64,000 bases of DNA. It comes from Heterodontus francisci (taxonomy: Eukaryota). Where the stretch lies: contig NC_090414.1 in NCBI RefSeq assembly GCF_036365525.1, positions 18,933,846 through 18,997,845 of the forward strand, given 5' to 3'. A program made the position numbers and the translations under genes. Under the pieces are notes generated by a model, which was not told the DNA's origin, did not search any database, and saw only the letters and a list, made by a program, of their open reading frames with translations. This document shows, piece by piece, positions 1 through 12,521 of the stretch (within the stretch, counting starts at the first letter, position 1; each line of letters begins with the position of its first letter).

Positions 1-29
1 GGGTGGGGGAGTGGGGGTGATGAAAGGCG

Positions 30-435
30 CCACAGAAATGCAAGTCTTTCGTTTTTTTCTCAAAGCACTACACAGCCCACGAGGTACGTCTTTGAAGTGT
101 AGTCACTGTTGTAATGTAGGAAACGCGGCAGCTAATTAGCGCACAGCAAGATCCCACAGGCATCTGCTTTTAGTGCTGTTGGTTGAGGAGTGAATACCCC
201 TCCAGTACGCTGGAGGTCGCACACCTGCCTGAGCTTTGAAGTAGTGCCACGGGGCTTTGAGAGGGCAGGCGGGGCCCTCGGTTTGACGTCTCATCCGAAA
301 GGCGGCACCCTCCGACAGCGCAGCACTCCCTCAGCGCTGGCAATGGGAGGGTCGGCCTGGATTTTTTTTTTAGTGCTCGGGTCCCCGGAGTGGGGCTGGA
401 GCCCACAAACTCCTGGCTCAAAGGTGCTGCCACAG
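30..435 (-). mobile_element. Deu-domain SINE (SacSINE1-like)
   Basis: ctgagggagtgctgcgctgtcggagggtgccgcctttcggatgagac core and gtgggatcttgctgtgcgc..ttagctgccgcgtttcctacattac on the minus strand; related copies elsewhere in the window. Confidence 0.7.
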
Positions 436-2667
436 AGCCACCCAGCCGATACTGCACTTACAGTGTTAAACTTGGCCGTGTTATCCCGGGAGCCTGATCG
501 CAGGGGCTTGTTAAAGCAGGGCCACTGACTCTGCCGCTGGGACAAGGAGAGTCAGATTAATCTGAAGCTAGCTCACAGACTTGGAGGCTGAGCAGAACGA
601 GGGGCACAGGGAACGACAAAATATATGGGTTTCTTTTTGTTTTAATTTGAGCTTGCTGCGTGTTCCCCTTTAAAAAAAGGGGGTTACGGCACATTTGTTG
701 ATTTGCTTGCGACCAATGGCAGTTGAACAGAATGAGCTAATAATAAAAACGAGATTTGGGCCTTGTTGCGGCAATCAGTGGCCTTGGTAACCTGGCGACA
801 GTTGCTATGGTGACCACTTCATTTTTTTTTTCTCTCTCTCTGCCCATTGGTCTGTCTGCTCACTGGGTGCCTGGTAACCATGTGACCATCATAATGGGCC
901 AATCATAGACTGGAAGGGCACAGAAGAAGGCCGTTCAGCCCATCGTGCCTGTGCTAGCTCCTAGCGAGAGCTATCCAATTAGTCCCTCTCCCCTGCTCTT
1001 TCCCTGTAGCCCTGCACATTTTTCGCCTGCAAGTACTTATCCGATTTCCCCTTTCAGAGTTATGCATCACGGCAGTAAATACGTAGATTGTAAGTGCGTG
1101 GAACAGATCGGTAAATCCCAACACCATCTTATTCAGCGTGGAACTACGCTCAAAGGGAGAGGCTTAGAGAATCTGTCTGTCCAGTGTTGCGTTACCGACT
1201 GGAGCTCCCTAAAGGGCAGCTGCCCGCCGAGATTACTGAACCCAATCACAAAGCAGTGACAGCACTGAAACAGGCCGTTCGGCCCATCTACTCTATGCTG
1301 GGCTTTATGCTCCACTCGAGCCTCTTCTCACCCCATCCTTCTATTCCTTTCTCCCTCATGTGTTTATCCAGCTTCCCCCTAAATGCCTCGATACTATTCA
1401 CCTCGACCACTCCCTGCGGTAGCGAGTTCCACATTCTCCCCACTCTCTGGGTAAAGGAGTTTCTCCTGAATTCCCAATTGGATTTATTCGTGACTGTCTT
1501 ATATTGATGGCCCCCGTGTTCAGGTCTCGCCTGCAAGTGGAAACATCTTGTCTACGCCCACCCTATTGAACCCATTCATAATCTTAAAGACCTCTATCAG
1601 CTCACCCCTTTTCTAATCTTGCAGTAAATATTTTGTCAGCACGTTATAATCCCTGGGGCGCTCACCAAGGCATTCATAGAAGGAATTTAAAGAATTTCCT
1701 GCGCAAAATATTCTCATAGGAATTTCCCCAGCCCAGACTGCACCTCCCCAAATGGGAATGCTGCAATTATTAACTGGGCCTGTAAATTGGGCCCAGAGAT
1801 ATCATCAACAGCAATCAGCAATGTCACAATGACCAGATAATCTATTTTTTGTGATATTGATTAAGGATAAATATTGGGGCCAGCACCAGGACCAGCACAG
1901 ACCCATTGGGCCAAATGGCCTCCTTCTTTGACTCTATGACACCAGGGAGCAACCGCCCCCGGCTCTTTGTCCAATAGTGGCCATTTGTGCCCAGCTGAGA
2001 GGGGCAGACGGGGCCTCCGTTTAACGTCTCATTCCTGAAAGACGGCACCTCTGACAGTGCGGCACTCCCACAGTACCGGCACCGAGAGTGTCGGCCTGGA
2101 TTTTTGTGCTTGAGTCTCTGGAGTGGGATTCGAACCGAGGAAAGAGTGCTACCCACAGAACCGCAGCTGACGCTTCGGGACGGCTTGCGGGCCAGCTGCC
2201 GACTCCAGCTAGTTTGTACCGCGCAGGTGACCGGGTCCACACGGGCGAGTGATGGAATTAGATTTGCCCAGGCTGGTGGAATGGGCAGACAAGTGGCAGG
2301 GCAGATTGAGAAAGTGGTTAACAAGGAGTACGGGATCCTGGGCTTTATAAATAGAGGCATAGAGTACAGAAGTAAGGAAGTTACGGTGAACCTTTATAAA
2401 ACACTGGTTCAGCCTCAATACTATACGAACATACGAATTAGGAGCAGAAGTAGGCCATTCAGCCCCTTCAGGTCTGCTCTGCCGTTTAATAACATCATGG
2501 CTGTTCTGATTGTGGCCCCAACTCCACTTTCCTGCCTATCCCCCCACACCCCCCCACCCCCCGATTCCCTTTCACCCCTTTGTTAGTCAAGAATTTATCT
2601 ATACCAAAAACCAAATTGAACTGGAGTACTGTGTACAATTCTGGGCACCGGACTTTAGTACAACTGT

Positions 2668-2985
2668 GAAGGTGGCGCAGTGGTTAGCACCGCAGCCTCA
2701 CAGCTCCAGGGACCCGGGTTCGGCTCTGGGTACTGCCTGTGCGGAGTTTGCAAGTTCTCCCTCTGACCGCGTGGGTTTCTGCCGGGTGCTCCGGTTTCCT
2801 CCCACCGCCAAAGACTTGCAGGTTGATAGGTAAATTGGCCGTTGTAAATTGCCCCTCGTGTAGGTAGGTGGTAGGGAAATATGGGATTACTGTAGGGTTA
2901 GTATAAATGGGTGGTTGTTGGTCGGCACAGACTCGGTGGGCCGAAGGACCTGTTTCAGTGCTGTATCTCTAAATAAAATAAAAAA
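2668..2985 (+). mobile_element. tRNA-derived SINE (HE1/V-SINE type) with CR1-like tail
   Basis: Box A (tggcgcagtggttagc), box B (gggttcggctct), core tgtgcggagtttgc, tail gtgggccgaaggacctgtttc..aaataaaat; interrupts a CR1 fragment. Confidence 0.85.
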
Positions 2986-5900
2986 TAAAATTGGAGAGGG
3001 TGCAATAAATGCTGACCTAACCAGTGATGCCCACATCCCACAAACGAATAAAAAAAGAAAAGATTTACAAGGATGGTTCCAGGGTTGAGAGACTTCAGTT
3101 ACGTGGATAGATTGGACAAGCTGGGATCATTCTGTTCGATTTCAGCACAATTCCTGGAAAAGGACCTGAGAGCAAAAATCACTTTCCCCAGGGGTCGGGC
3201 TGTTTCAGACAGGCGCATTTAAACACAATGGAGGTAAGAGGAGGGGAGTGGGGGGGGTGGTGTGCTATCAGGAGGCTCGTGTGGAGCATGAACGCCAGTA
3301 GGGCCGAATGGCCTCTTTCTGTGCAGCATTTACTCTGTAATATCGCTACATAGTGTCAGGTTTTTTTTTAATCCATTCGTGGGGTGCGGGCATCGCTGGC
3401 AAGACCCAGCATTTATTGCCCATCCCTAATTCCCCCTTGAGAAGGTGGTGGTGAGCCACCTTCTTGAACCGCTGCAGTCCGTGTGGGGCAGGTACACCCG
3501 CAGCGCTGTTAGCGAGGGAGTTCCAGGCGTTTGACCCAGCGACGATGAAGGAACGGCCGATATATTTCCAAGTCAGGACATTGTGTGGCTTGGAGGGGGC
3601 GTGCGAGATGGATAGGCTAGGGCTGCTTAGGGTAGTTAGGTAGTATTAGGCCTTTGGGTTAGGAAAGGGTTAAAAGGGCCCAGGCAGCAAGCTAAAAACG
3701 AACACTAGACACACACAGATAAGCAATGCTGACCGTGCCAGATACAAGGTTGTGGCCGCTGATCGGAATTTGGAAGAACACATGCACAGAGGAGTCTGAT
3801 CTCTCGAGAAGCAAAAACAAATGGGAGCCTCTCAGGGGCTTGGGAATGTTAAGTGCTCTCGTTTTGGAGATGTGGTTTACTGCACACGCACACACACACA
3901 CCTACACTGCTAAAGAGGCTGTGAGAAACAAATGGTGAAATAGGTCATCAGATTGACACTTCAGCAATGCGTGCATGGTGCTTGTATGATTAGTTAGTGG
4001 GTTTGAAATGTGTGTATGTGTATGTGTAATTTCACAGTTGTCAGGCCTCTGTCTGTATATGCTCCGTCGATTCTGAACGCTGAAAGATAAAAGACATTTG
4101 TTGTATTTGTCACTACCTCATTTGCCTCAATGTTCGAGTGAGTCATTGCAGACATCAGAGGGGAACTTGCAGCTGGTGGTACCCCCCACCCCGTGCGCCT
4201 GCTTCCCTTTCCCTTCCAGGCGGTAGAGTTCGTGGGTTTGGGAGTGCGTAGAGGTCTCATTCCACCTGAGATTTCTCATTGATCAGATTGACAAGCTAAC
4301 TGAGTTCACAACCTCAGAGATGACCCTGGAACTTTACAGTCTGGTTGCACTCTGGAAATACCTTTAATTGCTGCCACAGATGGAAACCACCCAGGTTCTT
4401 TGAGGCCTTGCAGAGGATTCCCATCGCTCCACCATTGGCGGCCCTGCTTTCAGCTGCATGGGGCCCTAAGCTCTGGAATTCCCTCCCTAAACCTCTTCGC
4501 CTCTCTCTCTCTCTCTCCTCCTATTTATGGGACTGGGTGTTTGGGATTTAGGGGTGTTAGGGATGGCAAACCCACACGTACGGGTTTATCCTGTTGTGCG
4601 ATTGCCTTTTAAGAGTCATGTCCCTTTTAAGATGTTAGTATGCTACTGAGCCAAATACAAGGACATAGTCATGTGACTACATGTCAGTTTCACTCTGCCA
4701 CTGTAACACCAAGAGGAGGGGCAGCGAGGGAGAGATTGCAGTCGGGGGGGTTCTAGTGGGGCGGGGGTTGGGGGGGGAGGTGTGCGCAGTGTGGAGATAG
4801 TAGTCACGGGGGCCCAATTGCAAGGATGGGGCGGTGCAGATAAATTGCGTGGGTGGTGGTTTCACATTGTAACAACATCATCATCTTGAAATGTCCCAAG
4901 GACTTGGCAGGCGTACACGAAGCACATTAGACACTGAGTCACGTGAGGCGCTATTAAAAGGCAAATGACCAAAAGGTAGGGTTTGCGGAGCGTCTTAAAG
5001 GAGGAGGGAGAGAGGCGGAGAGGTTTAAGGAGGGAATTTCAGAGCCAATGCTGGAGCGATGGGAAATGAGGGATGCTGAGAGAGGCCGGAATTGGAGGAG
5101 TGGGGGGGGGGGGGGGGGGATCTCACCGGGTTGTAGGGATGGAGGTGATGGAAGAGAACTGAAATTAAGGGTGTGAATTTTAAAATCGAGGTATTGCTCA
5201 ATCGAGAGCCAGTGTAGGTCAGCGACACAGGGGGTGATAGGTCAGCAGGGCTTGATGTGAGTTTACAACAGGAGCAGCAGAGTTTGAGTTGACCTCAAGT
5301 TTACGGAGGATAGATGGTAACCTTCTTAGGCCTGCAGGAAACACTCATGCTCCTCCTGGCCCACAAGCAGTGCTGTAAAGACACTTACCTCATGGGTCTG
5401 GTCTTCCCCAACTCCTTTTACCTGCTGAGTTTTCTCAGGAAATCTGGCCAACATGGGTTAAAATTAAGAATAGGGGCATGTAGATGCTTGAAAAGGTTTT
5501 ACTGACTCACGCGTCTCCTGAGAGCAGATCAGTTACCCGCAACTGTTAAAGCCAGAAGTAAGCAGGTTTGTGGCTGGTTGGCATTGAGTTTGAAATTTCT
5601 CAAAGTTTTCACTCTCACCTGACCCGAACCCACTCATTTTTGGGGGAGTTAAAATTACTCTCATAGTCTCCAAACACAAACCCATGTCATAGGTTGACCA
5701 GATTTTGTACCTTTGTGCGTGTGAGTGCTGTGAACGAGGAGTAACAGCCAGTTGTTATTAACGGGATGAAGCGCTGGCGATCAGGTGAATAAAACCCACC
5801 ACACTCTCCAGCCTACGCTAAAACGCACTCAATAGGAACATAAGGGATAGGAGCAAAGGTAGGCCATTTGGCCCCTCAAGACTGCTCTGCCATTCAATAA

Positions 5901-6259
5901 GATCAGAGTTGATCTTCTACTCAATTCCACCTTCCTGGCCAATCCCATATCCCTTCATTCCCTTAGTGTCCAGAAATCTATTGCTCATAGGGTGGAGAAA
6001 AAAACCAAAGAAATTTCTCCTCATCTCAGTTCTAAATGGCCGATCTCTTAACCTGTGGCTATGAACCAGCCAAGAGAGACATCCCCTGCCAAGCCCCCTA
6101 AGAGTTTTCTATGTTTGAATGAGATCACCTCTCATTCTTCTAAACTCTAGGGAAAATAGGGCTAGTCTACTCAATATAACAGGCAGCCACACCAGAAATT
6201 CAAGCTGAAACGAATAAGATTTATTTACAGGAAAGGTAATCACATAGAACCTAGGCCGA

Positions 6260-6750
6260 GCTCCCAAGTGTGTTGGCATTAACCAAACAGAGGCGGCTTT
6301 GGTGGATCGGACACGCCCGTAGGATGGAAGACGGTCGCACACCCAAGGACTTTCTGTATGGTGAGGTAGCCGGGACCAGACGATCAGTGGGGCGCCCAAA
6401 GCTCTGCTTCAAGGATGCTTGCAAGCGTGACCTGAAGGCCCTAAATGTCGACTATCGCACCTGGGAGTCGCGAGCTGGCGAAAGAGGGAAATGGCGACAC
6501 ATCCTGTGGACTGGTGCGCACTACCACGGTGACCAGTGGCTACAGCAGCTTGGCAACAGAGGCGCCAACGTCAAAAACAACAACTCGCGGCGCCACTTGG
6601 CAGCTTCACGTGCGGCACTTGCGGCAGAACCTGCCCCTCAAGGACTGGCCTTCACAGCCCATCAGCAGAGGTGCCGCAAGTGAAGACACCCTACCTAAAT
6701 GGATTGTTTGCTGTGGGTCCATCATCTTTTGTAGGATGCCAACCAATCAC
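6260..6750 (+). mobile_element. Older RTE LINE 3' fragment
   Basis: RRLWWIGHARRMEDGRTPKDFLYGE and CGTCGRTCPSRTGLHS. Confidence 0.85.
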
Positions 6751-7164
6751 ACGGAAGCAGACCCAATGACAGCACAATACTGACAATACAATTATTCAGA
6801 GAAACATAAAGCTGGAATCAGTCCTTAAGAGTTTAAGGGGAAGCTTCAGTGAGACTGTGTGTGGAGAAAGACATTGGCACTGATCGGGCTTAGGGGTTTG
6901 ACATCGTAACTCCAATCCTCAGATCCACACTAGCTGCTAGAGAGGTCCCATTACAGGAGTGCAGTCTCACTGCATATTTCCAATCAACTCTCCTCCAGTA
7001 TGGATTTCTCATGGATTCCATTCGTCTGCAAGGATTTTGGAGAGATCAGTCTTTTGTACACTTCCCAAGACAATCTCTGTACATGGGTGAAGCAATATCC
7101 TTTCCTGGCATGGATGACGAGTGTGTATTACAGAAGTTCACTTATGGGACGTGAACATCGTTGG

Positions 7165-8000
7165 CTAGACCCAGCATTTATTACCCATCCCTAATCTCCC
7201 CTTGAGAAGGTGGTGGTGAGCTGCCTTCTTGAACCGCTGCAGTCCGTGTGGGGTAGGTACACCCACAGTGCTGTTAGGGAGGGAGTCCGAGGATTTTGAC
7301 CCAGCGACAGTGAAGGAACGGCCGATATAGTTCCAAGTCAGGATGATGTGTGACTTGGAGGGGAACTTGCAGGTGGTGGTGTTCCCATGCATCTGCTGCC
7401 CTAGTCCTTCGAGGTGGTAGAGGTCGCGGGTTTGGAAGGTGCTGTCGAAGGAGCCTTGGTGCGTTGCTGCAGGGCATCTTGTAGATGGTACACACTGCTG
7501 CCACTGTGCGTCGGTGGTGAAGGGAGTGAATGTTTGTGGATGGGGTGCCAATTAAGCGGGCTGCTTTGGCCTGGATGATGTCGAGCTTCTTGCGTGTTGT
7601 TGGAGATGAACCCATCCAGTAAAGTGGAGAGTATTCCATCACACTCCTGACTTGTGCCTTGTAGATGGTGGACAGGCTTTGGGGAGTCAGGAGGTGAGTT
7701 ACCCGATGAGAATTCCCAGCTCTTTTCCTGCTCTTGTAGCCACAGCATTTATGTGGCTGGTCCAGTTCAGTTTCTGGTCAATGGTAACCCCTAGGATGTT
7801 GACAGTGGGGGATTCAGCGATGGTAATGCCATTGAATGTCAAGGGGAAATGGTTAGATTCTCTCTTGTTGGAGATGGTCATTGGCTGGCATTGGTGTGGC
7901 ACGAAAATTACTTGTCAGTCCAGGCCTGAATGGTGTCCAGTCTTGCTGCATGTGGGCGCGGACTGCTTCAGTATCTGAGGAGTCGCGAATGGAACTGAAA
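7165..8000 (-). mobile_element. Non-LTR LINE fragment (CR1/L2 superfamily, ORF2 C-terminus)
   Basis: ILGVTIDQKLNWTSHI and MEYSPLYW..KKLDIIQAKAARLIG, frameshifted. Confidence 0.8.
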
Positions 8001-8436
8001 ACCATGTTTCCTGTATCAACTGCACTTCTGAACGCTTAAAGATATAGCAAATCTGACACCAATTCATTCGATCTAAAGTCATAAAAAAAAAGATATAACT
8101 CGGTAGTTTGTGGCACATGGCGGAGATTGCTTCTTGCACCTGCAGAATGATAATGTTATTGCAGGTCCCTTTCCATCTGATCAATCTCATCGATTAGCTT
8201 TTCACATGGTTGGTCCAACCAATGTTCGGATACTATTGGTGTACAACGCCCTGCATGTTTAGCTGTGGCAGAAAAGTGGACAGTTAACGAGGCAGCTCCA
8301 ATAACGTTTCTCCACTGCTGCCCAATCAGACCGTGTCAGGTCATTTATATTTACGAGATGGACGGGTTACAGCACAGTTGCTGTTGGCCGGACTCTCTTG
8401 ACACATCTCCCTGAGTCGCCTTTCTTATGGTGGGAG

Positions 8437-9606
8437 TCATGCGGAGTCTTCAGAAGGTCTAGTCCCTGGCAGCTGGCCCATACGTGGCTTGGGAGCTGTG
8501 GCTGGACGGTGCTTAGCAGATGGTCTTGGCCTTGTCATTGCTCCCAGGTCTCCTCTCGGCTGCTCTTCGCCTCCGACAGCCCTTACACCCTCCTGCGGTC
8601 TCCACGGTGCATCGTCATCGCGGCTCCAGCCGCCTACCTCAAAGAGTTGGTAGCCAATCTCCTCACCCCATTGGTTGGCCCAGCGTTTGCTATCTGCAAG
8701 GCTGGGTTGGGGTGAAGGGTCCCAGTTGGCTCCTAGTAGCCCTGGGGACGTCAAGTGGTTCCCAATATCACCTCTCACAGCCTTTCCATCTGAGCCACAC
8801 AGCGAAGTGCTCCCATTGGTCTGGAATGTCTTCACAAAGTCACTCAGCAGCGAATGGTGGTCAAGCTCTTGGCCTCTTACGACACTGGCTGGGACCTTGC
8901 CTGCAAAGATCTTGCTCCAGCTGCCCACTGCCTCGTCCTCCGAGCCTGCAGAACTGCTGACCACCCCGCAGGGGCCACTCAGCAAATAGTGTGACTTTGG
9001 ATCCATGTCTTTCCCGTAACGTGGAGGTTGCTGCCTGTTGGGATTGAATTCTCTTCGCCCTCCCTCGTTCGTCACGCTCAGGGCCGCCGTTAGCTGTTGC
9101 TCCCGGGCAATGGGGCCAAAGGGGTCATCATGACGGGCTGCAAACCTGCCAGCTGAGGGCAGGTGTCCCGCCTCTGGTTCCCCTCCAGCTGCCCGTGACT
9201 CATTTCCTTTCAGCGCCTCAAACCATTCCAGTGGAGGGTTGGCTTTAAGGCAGGGTTTCCATGAAGTGAAAAGCGTGCGCCCGCGAGGAGCTGAAGTTCC
9301 ACTTGTCCTCAATGGCCTGGTTGGTTCCTCCTGGCTGGTGGTGGACCCCTGCTCCTCCGGACGGTAGGACCCATTATCTTCCAGGACGGTGCCCACCTGA
9401 CAGTGCAGTCCTGCCACAGGTACCGCTGCACTCGAAATTGGGCATTCAGAGTGACTGCGGGCTCCAGCATCTGTTTCAGGCCCTTCGTCCATAAAGGAGG
9501 TGGGTGGGGTGAAGATAGTGACATCCAGAAATGACGGGGGATTAACGCTGGTCTCCAGTTCCTCACGTCCATGTTGGGAGACCATCTCCGGCAGCAGAGA
9601 AGGAAT
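8437..9606 (-). CDS. TJAP1/BEGAIN-family gene, terminal coding exon (IPSLLPEMVSQH...SEDSA*)
   Basis: tcag acceptor at 9607, 390 codons to TGA (ORF 8437..9585); the start resembles TJAP1 LPCELQDMVRKH / BEGAIN LPSDFQERVSLH. Confidence 0.75.
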   Translation of the reverse strand: MPSLLPEMVSQHGREELETSVNPPSFLDVTIFTPPTSFMDEGPETDAGARSHSECPISSAAVPVAGLHCQVGTVLEDNGSYRPEEQGSTTSQEEPTRPLRTSGTSAPRGRTLFTSWKPCLKANPPLEWFEALKGNESRAAGGEPEAGHLPSAGRFAARHDDPFGPIAREQQLTAALSVTNEGGRREFNPNRQQPPRYGKDMDPKSHYLLSGPCGVVSSSAGSEDEAVGSWSKIFAGKVPASVVRGQELDHHSLLSDFVKTFQTNGSTSLCGSDGKAVRGDIGNHLTSPGLLGANWDPSPQPSLADSKRWANQWGEEIGYQLFEVGGWSRDDDAPWRPQEGVRAVGGEEQPRGDLGAMTRPRPSAKHRPATAPKPRMGQLPGTRPSEDSA

Positions 9607-10149
9607 CTGATGAGGTGGTTATATGGAAGAAGAAAGACACATAAGAACACAAAGCTAAATATATGGGGGAGTCCAGACCAAGGTCCTGTTAATATCAAAT
9701 AAACACTAATAAATCCAACAGGGAATTCAGGTGAAACTTTTTTGCATAGAGGGTGGGGAGAATGTGGAACTCGCTACCACAGGGAGTGGTTGAGGTGAAT
9801 AGTATCGTTGCATTTAAGGGGAAGAGGGATAAACAGATGAAGAAGGAATATAAGGATCAGGTGAGATAAGGTACGGTATGAGGAGTCCCGTGTAGACCAG
9901 CAATTGCCAAAAGGTGGTTTCGTTGAGTTTTTTTGATTATGAATGATTTTGATACAGATATTAGAGGGAAATTATTGTCTCCAGTTGGTGAGTCATTGAA
10001 GTGTAGGTATCGATTTAAAATTGTCACAGTGAGGAGCTAGGGGAAATTCCTTTACACAGAGGGTTGTTGGAACCTGGGATGCTTTATCACAGGAGGTGGC
10101 ACCTTTTGAAGGAAATGTGGATAAATCAATGAAACAGAGGATGAACCAG

Positions 10150-12355
10150 GCTATGGGGAGAATGTGAGGCAGTGGGATTAATGTGGGATTGATACAGGGC
10201 GATGGGAAGAGAGCGGGGCAGTGGGATTAGTTTGGGATTGATACAAGGCTCTGGGGAGAGAGTGGGGCAGTGGGATTGGTTTGGGATTGATACAGGGCTA
10301 TGGGGAGAGAGTGGGGCAGTGGGATTAGTTTGGGATTGATACAGGGCTCTGGGGAGAGAGTGGGGCAGTGGGATTAGTTTGGGATTGATACAGGGCTATG
10401 TGGAGAGAGCGGGGCAGTGGGATTAGTTTGGGATTGATACAGGGCTATGGGGAGAGAGCGGGGCAGTGGGATTAGTTTGGGATTGATACAGGGCTATGGG
10501 GAGAGAGTGGGGCAGTGGGATTAGTTTGGGATTGATACAAGGCTATGGGGAGAGAGTGGGGCAGTGGGATTAGTTTGGGATTGATACACGGCTATGGGGA
10601 GAGAGTGGGGCAGTGGGATTAGTTTGGGATTGATACACGGCTATGGGGAGAGAGTGGGGCAGTGGGATTAGTTTGGGATTGATACACGGCTATGGGGAGA
10701 GAGTGGGGCAGTGGGATTAGTTTGGGGATTGATACAGGGCTATGGGGAGAGCGCGGGGCAGTGGGATTAGTTTGGGGATTGATACAGGGCTATGGGGAGA
10801 GAGCGGGGCAGTGGGATTAGTTTGGGATTGATACACGGCTCTGGGGAGAGAGTGGGGCAGTGGGATTAGTTTGGGATTGATACAGGGCTCTGGGGAGAGA
10901 GTGGGACAGTGGGATTAGTTTGGGATTGATACAGGGCTCTGGGGAGAGAGCGGGGCAGTGGGATTAGTTTGGGATTGATACACGGCTATGGGGAGAGAGT
11001 GGGGCAGTGGGATTAGTTTGGGGTTGATAGAGGGCTATGGGGAGAGAGTGGGGCAGTGGGATTAGTTTGGGGTTGATAGAGGGCTATGGGGAGAGAGTGG
11101 GGCAGTGGGATTAGTTTGGGATTGATACACGGCTATGGGGAGAGAGTGGGGCAGTGGGATTAGTTTGGGGATTGATACAGGGCTATGGGGAGAGAGCGGG
11201 GCAGTGGGATTAGTTTGGGATTGATACAGGGCTATGGGGAGAGCGCGGGGCAGTGGGATTAGTTTGGGGTTGATACACGGCTATGGAGAGAGAGTGGGGC
11301 AGTGGGATTAGTTTGGGATTGATACAGGGCTCTGGGGAGAGAGTGGGGCAGTGGGATTAGTTTGGGATTGATACAGGGCTCTGGGGAGAGAGCGGGGCAG
11401 TGGGATTAGTTTGGGATTGATAGAGGGCTATGGGGAGAGAGTGGGGCAGTGGGATTAGTTTGGGGTTGATAGAGGGCTATGGGGAGAGAGTGGGGCAGTG
11501 GGATTAGTTTGGGGTTGATACAGGGCTATGGGGAGAGAGCGGGGCAGTGGGATTAGTTTGGGATTGATACAGGGCTATGGGGAGAGAGTGGGGCAGTGGG
11601 ATTAGTTTGGGATTGATACAGGGCTCTGGGGAGAGAGCGGGGCAGTGGGATTAGTTTGGGATTGATAGAGGGCTATGGGGAGAGAGTGGGGCAGTGGGAT
11701 TAGTTTGGGGTTGATAGAGGGCTATGGGGAGAGAGTGGGGCAGTGGGATTAGTTTGGGGTTGATAGAGGGCTATGGGGAGAGAGTGGGGCAGTGGGATTA
11801 GTTTGGGGTTGATACAGGGCTATGGGGAGAGAGCGGGGCAGTGGGATTACTTTGGGATTGATACAGGGCTCTGGGGAGAGAGCGGGGCAGTGGGATTAGT
11901 TTGGGATTGATAGAGGGCTATGGGGAGAGAGTGGGGCAGTGGGATTAGTTTGGGGTTGATAGAGGGCTATGGGGAGAGAGTGGGGCAGTGGGATTAGTTT
12001 GGGGTTGATAGAGGGCTATGGGGAGAGAGCGGGGCAGTGGGATTAGTTTGGGATTGATACAGGGCTATGGGGAGAGAGCGGGGCAGTGGGATTAGTTTGG
12101 GATTGATACAGGGCTGTGGGGAGAGAGCGGGGCAGTGGGATTAGTTTGGGATTGATACAGGGCTGTGGGGAGAGAGCGGGGCAGTGGGATTAGTTTGGGA
12201 TTGATACAGGGCTGTGGGGAGAGAGCGGGGCAGTGGGATTAGTTTGGGATTGATACAGGGCTGTGGGGAGAGAGCGGGGCAGTGGGATTAGTTTGGGATT
12301 GATACAGGGCTGTGGGGAGAGAGTGGGGCAGTGGGATTAATTTGGGATTGATACA
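10150..12355 (+). repeat. 49-bp G-rich minisatellite (GGGATTGATACAGGGCTATGGGGAGAGAGTGGGGCAGTGGGATTAGTTT), about 45 copies
   Basis: Period 49 measured directly (agggct at 12061 and 12110). Confidence 0.97.
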
Positions 12356-12413
12356 TATTTATTTTCCCTCAAGCATCAATAATCTCTTTATTTGGTTTAA
12401 CAAGGGGACTTAC

Positions 12414-12521
12414 ATTAATATTTTCCAGGGCGCAGCTGGTCCTCTGGGCACTAGTCAGCCTGTTGATCAGCTCGGATATCTGCTGCTTTAGGCTTTTTCT
12501 CTCTGTTTCCATGTTTTGAGA
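12414..12521 (-). CDS. TJAP1/BEGAIN-family gene exon (SQNMETERKSLKQQISELINRLTSAQRTSCALENIN)
   Basis: tttcag acceptor, gtaagt donor, 108 bp, phase 0/0; resembles TJAP1 KKAEMDRKTLDWEIVELTNKLLDAKNTINKLEELN. Confidence 0.85.

Noticed and set aside
2668-2745. tRNA gene
   Set aside because: A and B boxes continue into a SINE core and LINE-like tail; no complete cloverleaf.
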